The notes beneath the pieces were generated by a model. That model was not told the DNA's origin. It did not search any database and worked only from the letters and a program-made list of their open reading frames with translations. The translations under genes were made by a program, and so were the position numbers. A DNA stretch of 64,000 nucleotides from an uncultured delta proteobacterium (GTDB lineage: Bacteria; Bdellovibrionota; FAC87; UBA2466), in the NCBI GenBank assembly GCA_963778115.1, contig CAVZSV010000004.1, forward strand, positions 2,916,658-2,980,657. The letters are read 5' to 3'. Positions 44,352 through 57,501 of the stretch are shown here, one piece after another; the first letter of the stretch is position 1; each line of letters opens with the position of its first letter.

Positions 44352-46044
44352 ATGGCGAGCCCGGTGAATGCGATCCCGCTCGACGACGTGCCGGACGATG
44401 TCGTCCTCGGGTGGCCGTCGACGCCGCGATCGATGCCCGAGGACCGGGATCCGGCCGACGCCGCTGGCGACGGCAATTCGGCCTGCTCGCCGGCCCCGGC
44501 GCGGTCGAGGCGGACGCGAGCGCATCGAGGACTGGATCGCCAGCCACCTCGACCTGGACGACCGCGCCGGACGACGCCGAACCGCAATCATCTGGAATCG
44601 GCTCATCGACGGCTGCCCGCGCTGCGGCGGCTCCCGCGCAGGACCGGCCGCCGGGGCGGCGCCGAGACGGCGTTCGCGGACTGGTCCCGGTTTCGGGTCG
44701 CCTATCGGCGCGGGATCACCGTGGTCCGGCTGATCGACCAGTCGCTCTGGTCAAGGAGGTCGCAGGTCCGCGAGCTGACCTGCGATCTGATCGACTGATC
44801 GAGGCCGGCAATCACCGGCTCGTCCTGAATTTCCAGGGCGTCGAACGGCTCGGCGAGCTGGGTGGTCCTGGCCGTGGACAAGGCCCATCGCCGGTGCGAG
44901 TCCGCCGACGGCGGCGAGCTGAAGATCTGCGGGCTCTCGGCAGCTCGCTGGCCGCCGTCTTCCCGATCGCCGGCATGGCCCCGGGGATCGAGCTTCACCC
45001 CGACGAGGCCACCGCCATCGACGCCCCTGGCCCGAGCCGCGCGGCCCCGCGCACGCTCCCCGTCGAGATCCTCATGGCCCTGACGCACCGGCCCCGGACT
45101 GCCCGCCGATCCGCGGCGGCGCGCCCGGCGAAGCCGGCCGCGTCGCCGGACCGGCCGCCGAGCCGGTCCGTCGAAGCCGCCGCCAGGCACGAGTCGCCGG
45201 CGCCAGTGCCGAGCCGGGCTCTGGCTGATCGTCCAGATCGGCGGTCCAAGGGCCGGAGCGTGCCGGTCGCGGGCCCGAGGTTCTTCATCGGCCGCGACCG
45301 CGACTGCCAGTTGCGGCTCGGCTCGCCCATGGTGAGCAAGCTCCACGCGGCCATCGAACGCCGCGACGGCCGGATCGTTCCTGCAGGACCTGGGCAGCAC
45401 CAACGGCACGATCCTCAACGGCCGGCTGCTCCGCGAGCAAGGAGGCCGAGATCCACGACGGCGACCGGATCCAGATCGGGCCGATCGTCTGCCACCCTGG
45501 CCACCGTCGGCCCACCGCGCACGGCGCGGGCAAGGTCGAGGAGCATGGTCGCCGGCTGGCTCCACGCGCGACGGCTCGGTCGCCGCAGCCGTAGCCATCG
45601 ATGCGCTCGACGACCGCCGTCATCGCCGACCGAGCGACGCCCGGCGCGACGACGAGCCCGAGCTGAGCATCAAGACCGAGGTCATCCAGGACGTCCTGGT
45701 GATCACGCCCAGGTGACCGAGCTCGACGAGCGAGGCCATCGATCGAGCTGCTGCGCGCGCACCTGCATGCCCTGTTCGAACAGCCGATCGCCGCGCCAGG
45801 TCGTCGTCAACCTCGAATACGTCGCGCCACCTGACCGGCCAGGCGATCGGCGTGCTGCTGGCCCATCACCTCCGGCTCGACCGTGTCGGCGGCGCCCTGC
45901 GGATCTGCCAGGCCCACGCCCGGATCATGGCCGTGCTGCATCAGGTCCGGTTGACGATCCTGGTGGAGTGCCACCCGACGCTCGACGAAGCCGTGCTGGC
46001 CGCATGGCCGGGCTCGGCGGACCGATCGCCAGCGTCACGAGTGA
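44352..46044 (+). CDS. STAS-FHA-STAS anti-sigma-antagonist-like protein, frameshifted
   Basis: STAS ([20 protein letters not shown]), FHA ([27 protein letters not shown]), STAS ([15 protein letters not shown]). Confidence 0.8.
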
Positions 46045-47080
46045 CCAGATCGGCGCGATCCGCGACGATCGCTCGACGTCGATCATCGTCGTCATCGTCG
46101 AACTCGTCGTCGTCGTCCGCATCGGGATGGAGCGGGTCATCGGGGCTGAAGAACAGGTCGCCCAGGCCCAGCGGCGCGTGCTGGCCGCCCATGGCCGAGC
46201 GCTTGCGGCGGGCCAGGTCCTCGAGGTCGGCCGCCTCTTCGCCCAGCACGCAGAACAGCGCCTCGCGCCAGGCGGCGTCGCGGCCGAGCGGATGGCGCGG
46301 GTCCTGGGCCATCCGCTTGATCGCGAACCGCAGCAGGTTGATCCCGTCGCGCGGCGAGAAGTCGAGCTTGAGCTTGTGCGCCTGCTGGAGGAACTCGACC
46401 GTCAGGGCCAGCAGTGCGTCCTCGGCGAACGGCAGGTGGTACTTGAGGATCGCCATCTCGTCGTCGCGCGTCGGGAAACCCGAGCGACAGGGTCGGCTGG
46501 AGCCGCGAGAGGATGTAGTCGGGGACCTCGTAGGTCGACTCGTCCTCGTTCATCGTCACGCAGACCCGAAAATCGGGATGGGCGGGGATCGTGATGCCGG
46601 CGACGATGCTCTCGACGTAGCGGCGGTGGTCGAGCAGCGGGGCCAGGCTGGCCCACGACTTCTCGTTCATCCGGTTCCCCTCGTCGAGCACGCAGACGCC
46701 GCCGGCGAGCATCGCCGAGACCAGCGGCGAGGCGTGATAGGCGATCTTGCCGCTCTCGGCCAGGACGGGGGTGACGATCAGGTCTTCGGGCCGCGTGTCG
46801 GCCGTGCACTGGTTGATGAAGAGCGGCTGCTTGCGCAGCCGCGCGGCCGCCATCGCCAGCGTCGTCTTGCCGATGCCCGGGCGGGCCGGTCAGCCGGGGC
46901 GAGAGCGGCAGGTCGCGCGGGTCGACCACCAGCCAGCACGCCAGGAACTGGTGCAGGATGGCGTCCTGGCCGATCCAGCTCTGGTCGGTGGTGTCCGGGA
47001 TGCTGAGATGGAGGGTCACTCCGCCGACCTCGACGGTCTTGGCTCACGGCTGGGCGCGGTCGCGGGGGGCGTCCGGTCAT
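45941..47080 (-). CDS. MoxR-like AAA+ ATPase with acidic tail, frameshifted
   Basis: WIGQ, Walker [32 protein letters not shown]; the true 3' end may be nearer 46050. Confidence 0.88.
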
Positions 47081-47369
47081 GAGATTTCAACCTGCCGTTG
47101 GAGAGTTGCGAGTCTTGGCGATCGCGGCCAGCTCGTTCGGTCCATTCGTCCGTGTCCGAGTCGTAACGCCATCTCGCCGGCGGTCGGCGAGCTCGTCCGA
47201 CCGCATCCAGTCTCGCGGCTCGAGCTCGCGACCTGGATCGCGGGCCCGCTAACATCACGGTCGTCGCGGAATTGCCCGCCGGCAACCGGCCCGGCTAACC
47301 TCGATCGTCCTCGAGCCCGTCGTGACCGGCCGATCCCGTCGTCGCATCGCCTTGATCTGGAGCTCATTC

Positions 47370-48221
47370 ATGGATCAGTCCCCCGTCGACGACCGACCGC
47401 GAGTCTCTGCCCCGACTCGCCGAGGCTCCGGCCGAGCGCGCCGGCCGGCCGCATCGCGGCCGCTCTTCCAGACTTTCCGCAACCGGCTGATCAGCGGCTT
47501 GATCTTCGCCCTGCCGATCGTGATCACGTTCTGGATCGTCTACTGGATGCTTCCTGACGCTCAAGCGGTTCGTCCTCAACCCGCTGGCCGGGCTCATCAA
47601 CCGCCTCCATGCCTGGATGCGCAACTACCCCGCTTTCCAGAGCTCGAGCCTGCCCGACTGGTGGTACAACGTCGCCTCGCCGGTCCTGGCGATCGTGCTC
47701 GGGGTGGCGACCCTCTACTTCCTGGGCCTGGTCTTCCGGTCGTGGGTCTATCGCACGCTCGACTGGTTCCTGCTCCACGTCCCGATCGTCGCCACGATCT
47801 ACCGGGCGGTCCGCAACGTCGTCAAATCGCTGGGCAGCCAGCTCCAGGGCGGCGGCGGCTTCAAGCGCGTGGTCCTGGTCGAGTTTCCCCATCCCGGGAT
47901 GCGGTCGCTCGGCGTTCGTGACCAACTCGCTGCGCGACGTCACCACCGGGCGGACCGATCCTGACGGTCTGCGTGATGACCGGCGTCATGCCGCCGGCCG
48001 GATTCACGCTGTTCGTACCCGAGGAGTCGGTCACCAACATCGCCTGGAACGTCAACGATACGCCTCCAGGCGATCCTCTCGGGCGGCATCACCGCGCCGC
48101 CGACGATCCATTACTTCGAGGGCCTGAGCACGCCGCTGCCCGCCGCGGGCGGCCCGATCGTCGACGTCCAGGGGCACACGTCCTGCACGGTGCGGTGCCG
48201 ATCAGGCGGAACGCCACTTGA
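47370..48221 (+). CDS. DUF502 family membrane protein, frameshifted
   Basis: LISGLIFALPIVITFW, VPIVATIY, VVLVEFPHPG, AILSGG. Confidence 0.85.
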
Positions 48222-48319
48222 ACGGCCGGGCTCTCGTCGCCGATGCCGCGTCACGAGATGTGGTACGAATCATGGCGACGTCGTGCGTCAGTCGAACCTG
48301 ACGGGCAGAGGTCCGTCCG

Positions 48320-48949
48320 ATGGCCACGGGAACGATCCGAATCGCCGTCTCTGACTCCGTTCCAGCAACCGAGCAGCATGCTTGCCGAGCCGATCGCCAG
48401 TGGCGACGATCCTCTACGAAGTCGTGGATAACCAGATCCGGGAACTGCCGCCGATGGGTGCACGGGAGATCGGCTTCGCTTCGACCTTCATCGACGATCT
48501 CTGAGTCCGTTCTCGCTGGAATGGTCGGATTCGGCCAAGTCGTGTCCGAGATGCTCTTCCTCTTGAATCGGTCGCCACGAAACCTCCAGCTCCGCCCCGA
48601 TCTGGCCTTCGTATCGTCTCAGTCGATCGATGGCCGCAGCGGAAAGCCTGTGCCTGGCGACGAACGCCTGGGATGTCGTTCCCGACCTGGCCGATCGAGA
48701 GTCATCAGCCCGACCAACGGCGCCAACGAAGTCGATCGAGAAGGTCGACGGATTACTTCCGATCTCGGCGTGTCGGACGGGTGTGGGTGATCTATCCCGA
48801 TGTTCGGCAAGATTTACGACTACGACTCGACCGACGTCGGTCACGAATCCTGACCCGCGGCCGAGACGTTGCGAGGGCGGCGCTCTGCTCGCCGGGGTTC
48901 CAGCTTCCGCTGGCCGAATTGTTCGAGGAGTCGTCGGACTGCCGAGTGA
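48320..48949 (+). CDS. Uma2 family endonuclease, frameshifted
   Basis: [46 protein letters not shown]. Confidence 0.8.
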
Positions 48950-48973
48950 TGCCTCACGTCTCGGTCGCGCAAG

Positions 48974-49010
48974 AAAAAGGCGGGAGCCGATCCGGCTTCG
49001 GCTCCCGCCC
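48974..49010 (-). terminator. Intrinsic terminator after groEL
   Basis: ggcgggagccga..tcggctcccgcc stem followed by a T-run on the minus strand. Confidence 0.85.
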
Positions 49011-49070
49011 TTGAGTGCAATCGATCCGACATCTCTCACCGGCCGCGATCGTCGCTGATCGAGCCGGATC

Positions 49071-50766
<1,696 letters not shown>

Positions 50767-50842
50767 TCAAGAGCTCGATCGGCCGTCGACCGGACGTCCG
50801 AGCTCACCTCGCGGCTCTCGACGGCCCGGTGCAGCGATCGCA

Positions 50843-51133
50843 TCAGCCGATCACGGCCAGGATGTCTTCCTCGCGCATCAGCAGGACTTTCTTGTCGCCG
50901 TCGAGCTTGAATTCCTCGCCGGCGTAGGAGGTGAACAAGACGTGCTCGCCGACCTTGACCTGCAGCTCGCGGCGCTTGCCGTCCTTGGTGATCCGCCCGT
51001 CGCCGACGGCCACGACTTTGCCCTTCTGCGGCTTGTCCTTGGCCGTATCCGGCAGGACGATCCCGCCAGCCGTCGTCTCCTTGGCCTCTTCTCGCTCCAC
51101 CACCACACGATCGCCCAACGGTTTGAGTGCCAT
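50843..51133 (-). CDS. groS: Co-chaperonin GroES
   Basis: [35 protein letters not shown]. Confidence 0.98.
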   Translation of the reverse strand: MALKPLGDRVVVEREEAKETTAGGIVLPDTAKDKPQKGKVVAVGDGRITKDGKRRELQVKVGEHVLFTSYAGEEFKLDGDKKVLLMREEDILAVIG

Positions 51134-51269
51134 CGACCCGGTCTCCTGTCGGTCTCGCTCGACCCACGTAAGACACTCTGCGACACGGGCTATCCGCCAG
51201 ATCACTCGCACGGCAGCCAGTCCCGGCGCGTGCCGTCGCCAGCAACGGCTCGAACAATGGCTCTCCCTT

Positions 51270-51286
51270 ATGCAAGGCACGTGCCT
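51270..51286 (-). promoter_or_regulatory. Sigma54 -24/-12 promoter of groESL
   Basis: Minus strand AGGCACG-tgcc-TTGCAT; AT-rich tract and TGCCA..GGC palindromes upstream. Confidence 0.75.
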
Positions 51287-51439
51287 TCGAAATCTGTCAT
51301 CTTAATTGCTTATAGATACAATGATTTGCGGCATGCCAATTTGGCGAAGGCCGGCATCGAGTCCTGCCGATCGCGACAGAGCGTCGCGAGTGGATCTGCC
51401 ATTTCGGCAGATTGGATTCGAAGGACGGAAGTGCGAGTG

Positions 51440-53247
51440 GAGTGCTCTCATCGGACCCGGGATGGGTCGAGGGGGATCGTTTCGAGGACTGCGCCGGACC
51501 CGCACCGCCAGGTCCGGCCATTGAAGGAGATCGTAGACCCGATCGTGGCCGCTCCAACCATACCAGACGACGGGCGGGTCGTCCGCGAAGGCCTGCATCG
51601 TTTCCGATCTGGGATGAGAGCCTCCGCCCGTGTGCCAGAGCCGGCCAGGCCACACCGCCCCGAAGCGTTGGGGGCGCGCCTCGTCCCTCACCGAGGGAGG
51701 CCCTGTAGACCGCCGCGAGAGAGCACGCGTTTGCGGGACCTGTCCTCCCAGGGAGACCATGAAGGCGTCGTCGCCCCACGCAATCATCGTGTCTCGATTC
51801 TGCCACCAGACCGTCACCTTTCGGCCCAGTACGAGACCGGGGCGTGGGGGCTTACCTGGTGGGGCGCCGCCGACATCCTCCGCGATCGGTCGAGGTCGGG
51901 GCGTGTCCTCGCCGATCATCCGACCGGTCAAGAGCGACCCGAGACGAGGCACAAACTCCCGGGCCAGCCGTCTGGCGTTCGGCTCGTCGTCGAGATGCAA
52001 GATGAGGAGGCGCCGACCGGACGACCCGGCTGAAGGGGATCGCCCCACAGACACGCCGAGACACCTCGGAGGTGCGGCAAGAGGTCGGCCTCGGGCTTGA
52101 CGCCGGCCGCGGCGGCCATCAGGTTCAGGCGGGCTCGCAAGGGCGCGACCCCGGATCGAGTCGGATCGGCCCGTTCGACGCGATCGGCCAGCGCAAAAGC
52201 ACCGTCCCAGAACGCGGGAGCCGGATCAACGGCCACCGACATGAATGCCATGGCATTGGACGCGGGGAAATGTTCCAGCCACGCCGGATCCATGACCGGA
52301 GGGCGGGTCACTACACCTCGAGTCGCGGCGCGTTCTTCGAGGGTCGTCGCGACCTCGAGCGTGAGTCGACCATCCCGAAGGGCGAGGGCCCCTTCCGCTC
52401 GACGGCAATTTGTCGCGCGCAGGGCTTCGATGGCGCGCCGGAGCCCGAGGGATCCTGCCCGGGGAGTCGTCATCCGACCCGGGTCGAGGCGGAAAAACAG
52501 CCCCGAATCGAGCGGATGCCCCGCGACCAACGCGGCGGTCTGACCTTGTCCACGCGGGCCGCCAAGGCGGACCGAGTCTCCGGGAATTGCACCCTCGGCT
52601 TCGAACACGAAAGGAGCCGACTCCGAGACCTTGCGGCCAATGCCCAATCGCTTGTCGGTGTCGCCCGGTTGGGCCTTGATACGAGGGATTCCTCGGAGGA
52701 GGTCCGAGCGGGAGCTTGCCAGGATCAGATTCGACCCGATCCGGGAAGCAACCGTGCCGCCGGAACGTCCCAGCCGCGCGACCGCGATTTCGCGGCCCTG
52801 CTCCCGCAGGCGTTCGTCGTCGGGATACGTCAGACGCGCCGCGGTGAGGGCCGCGGCGACCGTCCCGTCATCATGCGGGATGATCGCAAACCAGCGTGGC
52901 GACCCGTCGGCGGGGTCGAGACCGAATTGAATCTCCGTCTCGTCCAGGACCCGACATTCGCGGACCATCTCGGGGTTGAACATCGCGATCAGGGCCTCGA
53001 GCGGCTTGCCGAGCTGACCGCCGTTTCCGGCAGACTGCTTCCAGGCCGACAAGGCTGCCGCGGGATTGGCGACGCGCGATCCTTCGAAGAGTCGGAGAAC
53101 CTCCGCGGCTTGTCGGTCCGGATGAATCAGGCGAACGATCAGGGGCTCATTCTCCCCACCCGGCGTCTCTCCAGCCCGTAAACCCTGCTGGCCCGTCAAT
53201 GCCAGGAGCGTGATGCCGATTCCGAATCCGATCCGATACTTGCTCAT
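51440..53247 (-). CDS. Secreted hypothetical protein, frameshifted near 52090
   Basis: Signal peptide; HPDRQAAEVLRLF..PAAAL..EALIAMFNPEM; continues in ORF 51302-52054. Confidence 0.65.
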
Positions 53248-53315
53248 CCATGCCGCTTTCGTTCAGGAGTTAAGGAATAGGCCGGGAATCAGTTCCCGAT
53301 TGGAGAGCGAGGTCT

Positions 53316-53395
53316 GGGTGGCACTGGTCGTCCTCGACCAGTGTCTTCGGGCTACCCCGTCGTGACTCACTGGTCGGGTACGACCAGTGCCACCC
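53316..53395. repeat. REP doublet (REPIN-like)
   Basis: gggtggcactggtcgtcctcgaccagtg and its inverted copy cactggtcgggtacgaccagtgccaccc; each unit is itself palindromic. Confidence 0.8.
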
Positions 53396-53441
53396 GGAAA
53401 TGACGCGACAGACCGGGAAGTTGTTTCGGGCCTGTTCCTAG

Positions 53442-54963
53442 TTCTACAGCGGAAGGTATTTTGACGCCGTTGACAAACCCGATACAATCCGAAAGGTAGC
53501 GCTTGACTGACGAACCGGTACGTCATCCGATGAGGCTGCTGTCAGGAGAGGCCCTCCATGACCCCGGACGACGTGGCGCCGCTGCGGAGCGGCTGACTCA
53601 GTTCCACCAGCGGTTCGCTCCCTGCTTCGGCAAGGATGAGGCCCAGAACCATGCCTACGTTTATGTGAAAGGTCTGATGACCTGCCCCGACCGCAAGAGC
53701 ATCGAACCCATCGCCCTGCTCCTGGGCGGCGGCCGGGTCTCGGCCTTGCAGAAATTCATCAACAGCGCCCCCTGGGATCACGACGAGATCCAGACCGAGG
53801 TCCAGGCGGTCTTCGCCGACGACCTGGTCCCCACCACCGCGGCCAGTGCCGTGGGTGTCGTCGGGGTCATCGACGAGAGCGGCTTCACCAAGAAAGGCGA
53901 CCACAGTGCCGGCGTTGACCGGCAACACAACGGCCGCTTGGGCAAGGAAGACAACTGCCAGGTCGGGGTCTTCTTGGTCGGCGCGGTGCCCGCCGGCACG
54001 GCCCTGTTGGATCATCGATTGTACTTGCCCGAGTCGTGGTGCGAGGACAACGAAGCCGGCCGGGACCGCCGGGCCAAAGCCCATATCCCCGAGGCGGTCG
54101 CCTTCCAGACCAAGCCCCAGATCGCCGCGGATTTGGTCCGGCGCACCGTGGCCACGGACTCGGTCCGGTTGGACTGGATCACGGCCGACGAGCTCTATGG
54201 TCGCAATGGGGAGTTCCTCGACGAGTTGGAGGCGCTGGAGCGGCGCTATGTGGTCGAAGTCCCGGTGACGACCACAGTGTGGACCCAGGACCCGGCGAGT
54301 TGCGTCCCCGCGTACTCGGGCCGTGGGCGCGTGCCGACGTTGCCCGGTCGGGAATCGGTGCGATCGGTGGTCGACGTGATCTCGGACCTGGAACCCGGCC
54401 GGTGGCAGCGGTTGTGTGTGGGCCGCGGGGCCAAGTGGCCGCTGGTCTACGATTTCGCCGCCGTCCGGGCCTGGGCGGTGCGTCATGGTCGAGCGGGTGC
54501 ACCGGTCTGGGTGTTGGTCCGACGGTCGTTGGAAGCGAAGCCCGAGGTGAAGTACTACATCAGCAACGGCGACGAACAGACCCCGCTGGAGGTCCTGGCC
54601 CGAGTGGCGTGCGCGGCATCGGGTCGAGGAGTTCCTTGAGGATGCCAAGAGCTACCTGGGGATGGCGCAGTACGAGACGCGGTCGTGGATCGGGTGGCAC
54701 CATCACATGAGTTTGGTGGCCATGGCCCATCTGTTCATCACCTTGGCTCGGGTTGACCTTCAAGAAAAAACGCCGGAACTGACGCTGGACCGAACGGTTC
54801 GCTTGCTATGGAGCGCGCTGGGGATTCCGACGCTGAGCGTGGAGGCAGCGATTGAGTTGGTCAACTATCATATCAATCGCAACCAGATCGCCAGCAATTC
54901 GCACATGAAATCATGGATGCTTAAGCACGGAAATCGAGGCGAGAAATTCGTTCCGCTGTAGAA
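53442..54963 (+). mobile_element. IS701 family element, copy 1
   Basis: 13-bp TIR ttctacagcggaa/ttccgctgtagaa; CTAG duplication on both sides; transposase motifs IDESGFTKKG.HSAGV.RQ..G.LGK..NCQVGV. Confidence 0.95.
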
Positions 54964-55021
54964 CTAGCCAGCATTACTGATCGCGATGATCCCCGACAGT
55001 CCACCGATGGCCCAACTCGGT

Positions 55022-55555
55022 TTACGCTCCCGCGAAAGGTGGCTCGTAGGTCTCTTCCGCCGACGGACCCAGCCGTTCGGCCATCTTCCGGTAGGCGGGA
55101 CGACGATAGTCCCATTCGTGCGAACGCGGAACTTGCTCCAGCCAGTCGAAGAGGTGGACGCGGCAAAGGTCGTCAAAGTCGTGCCGCGAGAGCGGGACCG
55201 CTTCGCCGGTGATGCGGTCCACGAACTGATAGGGCTCGGCGCCCTGATCCAGGGCGTGGTCGAGGGACGTCCGATCCAAGGCACAGTTCAGGTAGGCGAG
55301 GGATTCGGCGCGGTCGCCGATCAGGTCGCGGACCTCGCCGCGGCGCTCCAGCGGCAGGGTGAAGCCCTGGAATTTCTCGGTGCCGTAGATCGAGTGGAAC
55401 ATCCCGGCCCGGCAGACCTCCTCCGGGCAGCCCCGCGATTCGAGGTAACGGTAGACGGCGATCAGGTGGGCCAGGTAGGATTTCTCCGTATGCGGGATGT
55501 TCTCGATCCCGATCCCGACCAGGAAATCGGTCAACCGCTTGAAGTCCTTGTCCAT
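55022..55555 (-). CDS. DUF6817-like HD-type protein
   Basis: PHTEKSYLAHL, CRAGMFHSIYGT, LIGDRAESLAY. Confidence 0.75.
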   Translation of the reverse strand: MDKDFKRLTDFLVGIGIENIPHTEKSYLAHLIAVYRYLESRGCPEEVCRAGMFHSIYGTEKFQGFTLPLERRGEVRDLIGDRAESLAYLNCALDRTSLDHALDQGAEPYQFVDRITGEAVPLSRHDFDDLCRVHLFDWLEQVPRSHEWDYRRPAYRKMAERLGPSAEETYEPPFAGA

Positions 55556-55845
55556 CGTCCTAACCTCATGGAAGAGCCCGGCTCGTTTCTCAATGAATCA
55601 TCGACATCCATTCTAGCCGAATCCCTCGCAGACCGTGAGATTCCAGACGGTCATGAGTTGCCGCGTGATCGGACTTGAGGGATATCGATCGCCGTTCATG
55701 ACGAAGGCGCCGATCGCGCGGCTTGTCAGGAAATGAGTCCGGCAAACCGATAGTGAATGGTGACGGGTGGCGGGCATGCGGCCGGCGCGGGAGCGGTCTC
55801 TGCCTGACCGCGGCGGGAAGCGGCCTCACTACGACGGAGTCGTCC

Positions 55846-56701
55846 ATGAGCAGGATAGTGGTCCGCCGAGTTCTGATCGCTGGGCAGAACATGTCGGTCG
55901 CGATGGCCGTGCTGGCCGCGACGGTTGTGACGGCCGTGCCGGCCGAGGCGGGCATCGGTTCGCGCTCGATCGACCCGGCGCAGATCGTCCCCCTCAATCA
56001 GATCGCGCCCGACCGTCGCGAGTGGTGGCGGAGGTGATCCGCGACCACACCTTCCATCGCCAGGGGGACACGGATACGTTCCCGTGCCCGCCGAGCCTGT
56101 ACTTGAGCCTCGTCAACGAGCCCTCGCTCACCGTGGCCCTCTGGAAGGACCTGAGCGACGTGCCGGTCCAACTCCAGAAGCTCGGCCCGAACCTTATGAG
56201 GGGACCGACGGTTCCGGGGCGTCGGCCACCTGGGAGTTCGTCCTCCGCACGCCCCGGCTTCATGTCCTGCTGGCCCACTTGAATTATGTGAGCCCGCACG
56301 GCAACGCGCGGGTCGAGGCGCGGATCATCCTGGTTGTGAACACGTCCTACTACCAGGATAACAAGCGAGAGGCCTGGGTGCAGCACAACGTCGAGGCCTT
56401 CGTCAAGATCGACTCCAAGGGCTGGAAGACGCTGGGGCGGACCCTCCGCCCGGTGATCGAGCGGATCCTCGAGGAGCAGGTCAAGGAGGCCGGCTACTTC
56501 ATCTCGCTGATGAGCCGACTGGTGCTCACGTATCCGAACTGGGCCGGGCAGGTCGTCAACAACCAGCCGGCGATCGACGCCGCGACCAAGCAGCGTTTCG
56601 CCCAGGTCCTCGCCCAGACACGCCGGCCCGGGGCATCGACGGGCCGTCCGGTGATCGCCAAGAACGGAACCCAGGCTTCGGAGACATCTCGCCGTCGTTA
56701 A
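55846..56701 (+). CDS. Secreted hypothetical protein, frameshifted
   Basis: GGAG RBS, signal peptide, three in-register fragments. Confidence 0.65.
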
Positions 56702-57501
56702 TCGGCCTGGACCGAACGGGCAACCGGAGTATCCCTCTTGCTGAACCATTGCTGGGATAGCTGAGCTCCAGTCCTGGCATCCGGAATCCCCTTGGTGGAC
56801 CCGACCGGTACTTGCACCTCACCGAGATATCGTGCGACATGGGTCGTGGTGCCGTAATCATCGGGACGATGAGGAGCGCCGGCTCCGTCCCATTCTGCGT
56901 TGAGTTCCCGTAACCACTCGCGAGGCTCGGCGACGCCCTTGAGTCGCCGAGCTTCGCTCATTTCCCCTCGTACACTTCCATTATGACCGGGCATTGAGCC
57001 GGCGCGAATTCGAGGCGGGTTCTCGCTGCGATCACCCCATCCCCCTCCCGGATCCGGCTGAACCGGCTTTCCTCATCCTCAATACTGCCATGCATCAATA
57101 CCCGCGAGACCGCCTCTACCTGCCTATTCTGCGCGGCTTGCTTTCCGATCTATGCTTTCCACATCCAAATGAATTGGGCGGATTCCCGGTCACGGACTGA
57201 TCCTTCGATGTTTCGCGTTCTAAGTTTAGTTCAGCACTAGAGATTCATGCGCGGAAAACCGAAGGGTGCGAATCACGTGATTGAGCTCGATGGGTCCATC
57301 GAGTTGCCGGGCTTATACGCGCCAATTGGTCCTGTGGCAATCCCGATGTCGAGGCACCAAGCTGCTGAGCGATTTCCAGACCGATTCACCTGCGTTCGCT
57401 GAATCATATCCCTCCTCGTTAATGCTCGTTCGTGACGTTCGAGCAAGCGTCCTCTCCCGTACCGAGTTTGTTCGACACTCAAAGACGAGGTGCATCGAGT
57501 C

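Noticed and set aside
53488..53535. Hammerhead ribozyme in the IS leader (GAAA...CTGACGA)
   Set aside because: Only ~12 nt separate the core motifs, too few to form stems I and III
56701..57500. Riboswitch or ncRNA in the 800-bp intergenic region
   Set aside because: No Rfam-like consensus recognisable by eye; an Infernal scan is needed
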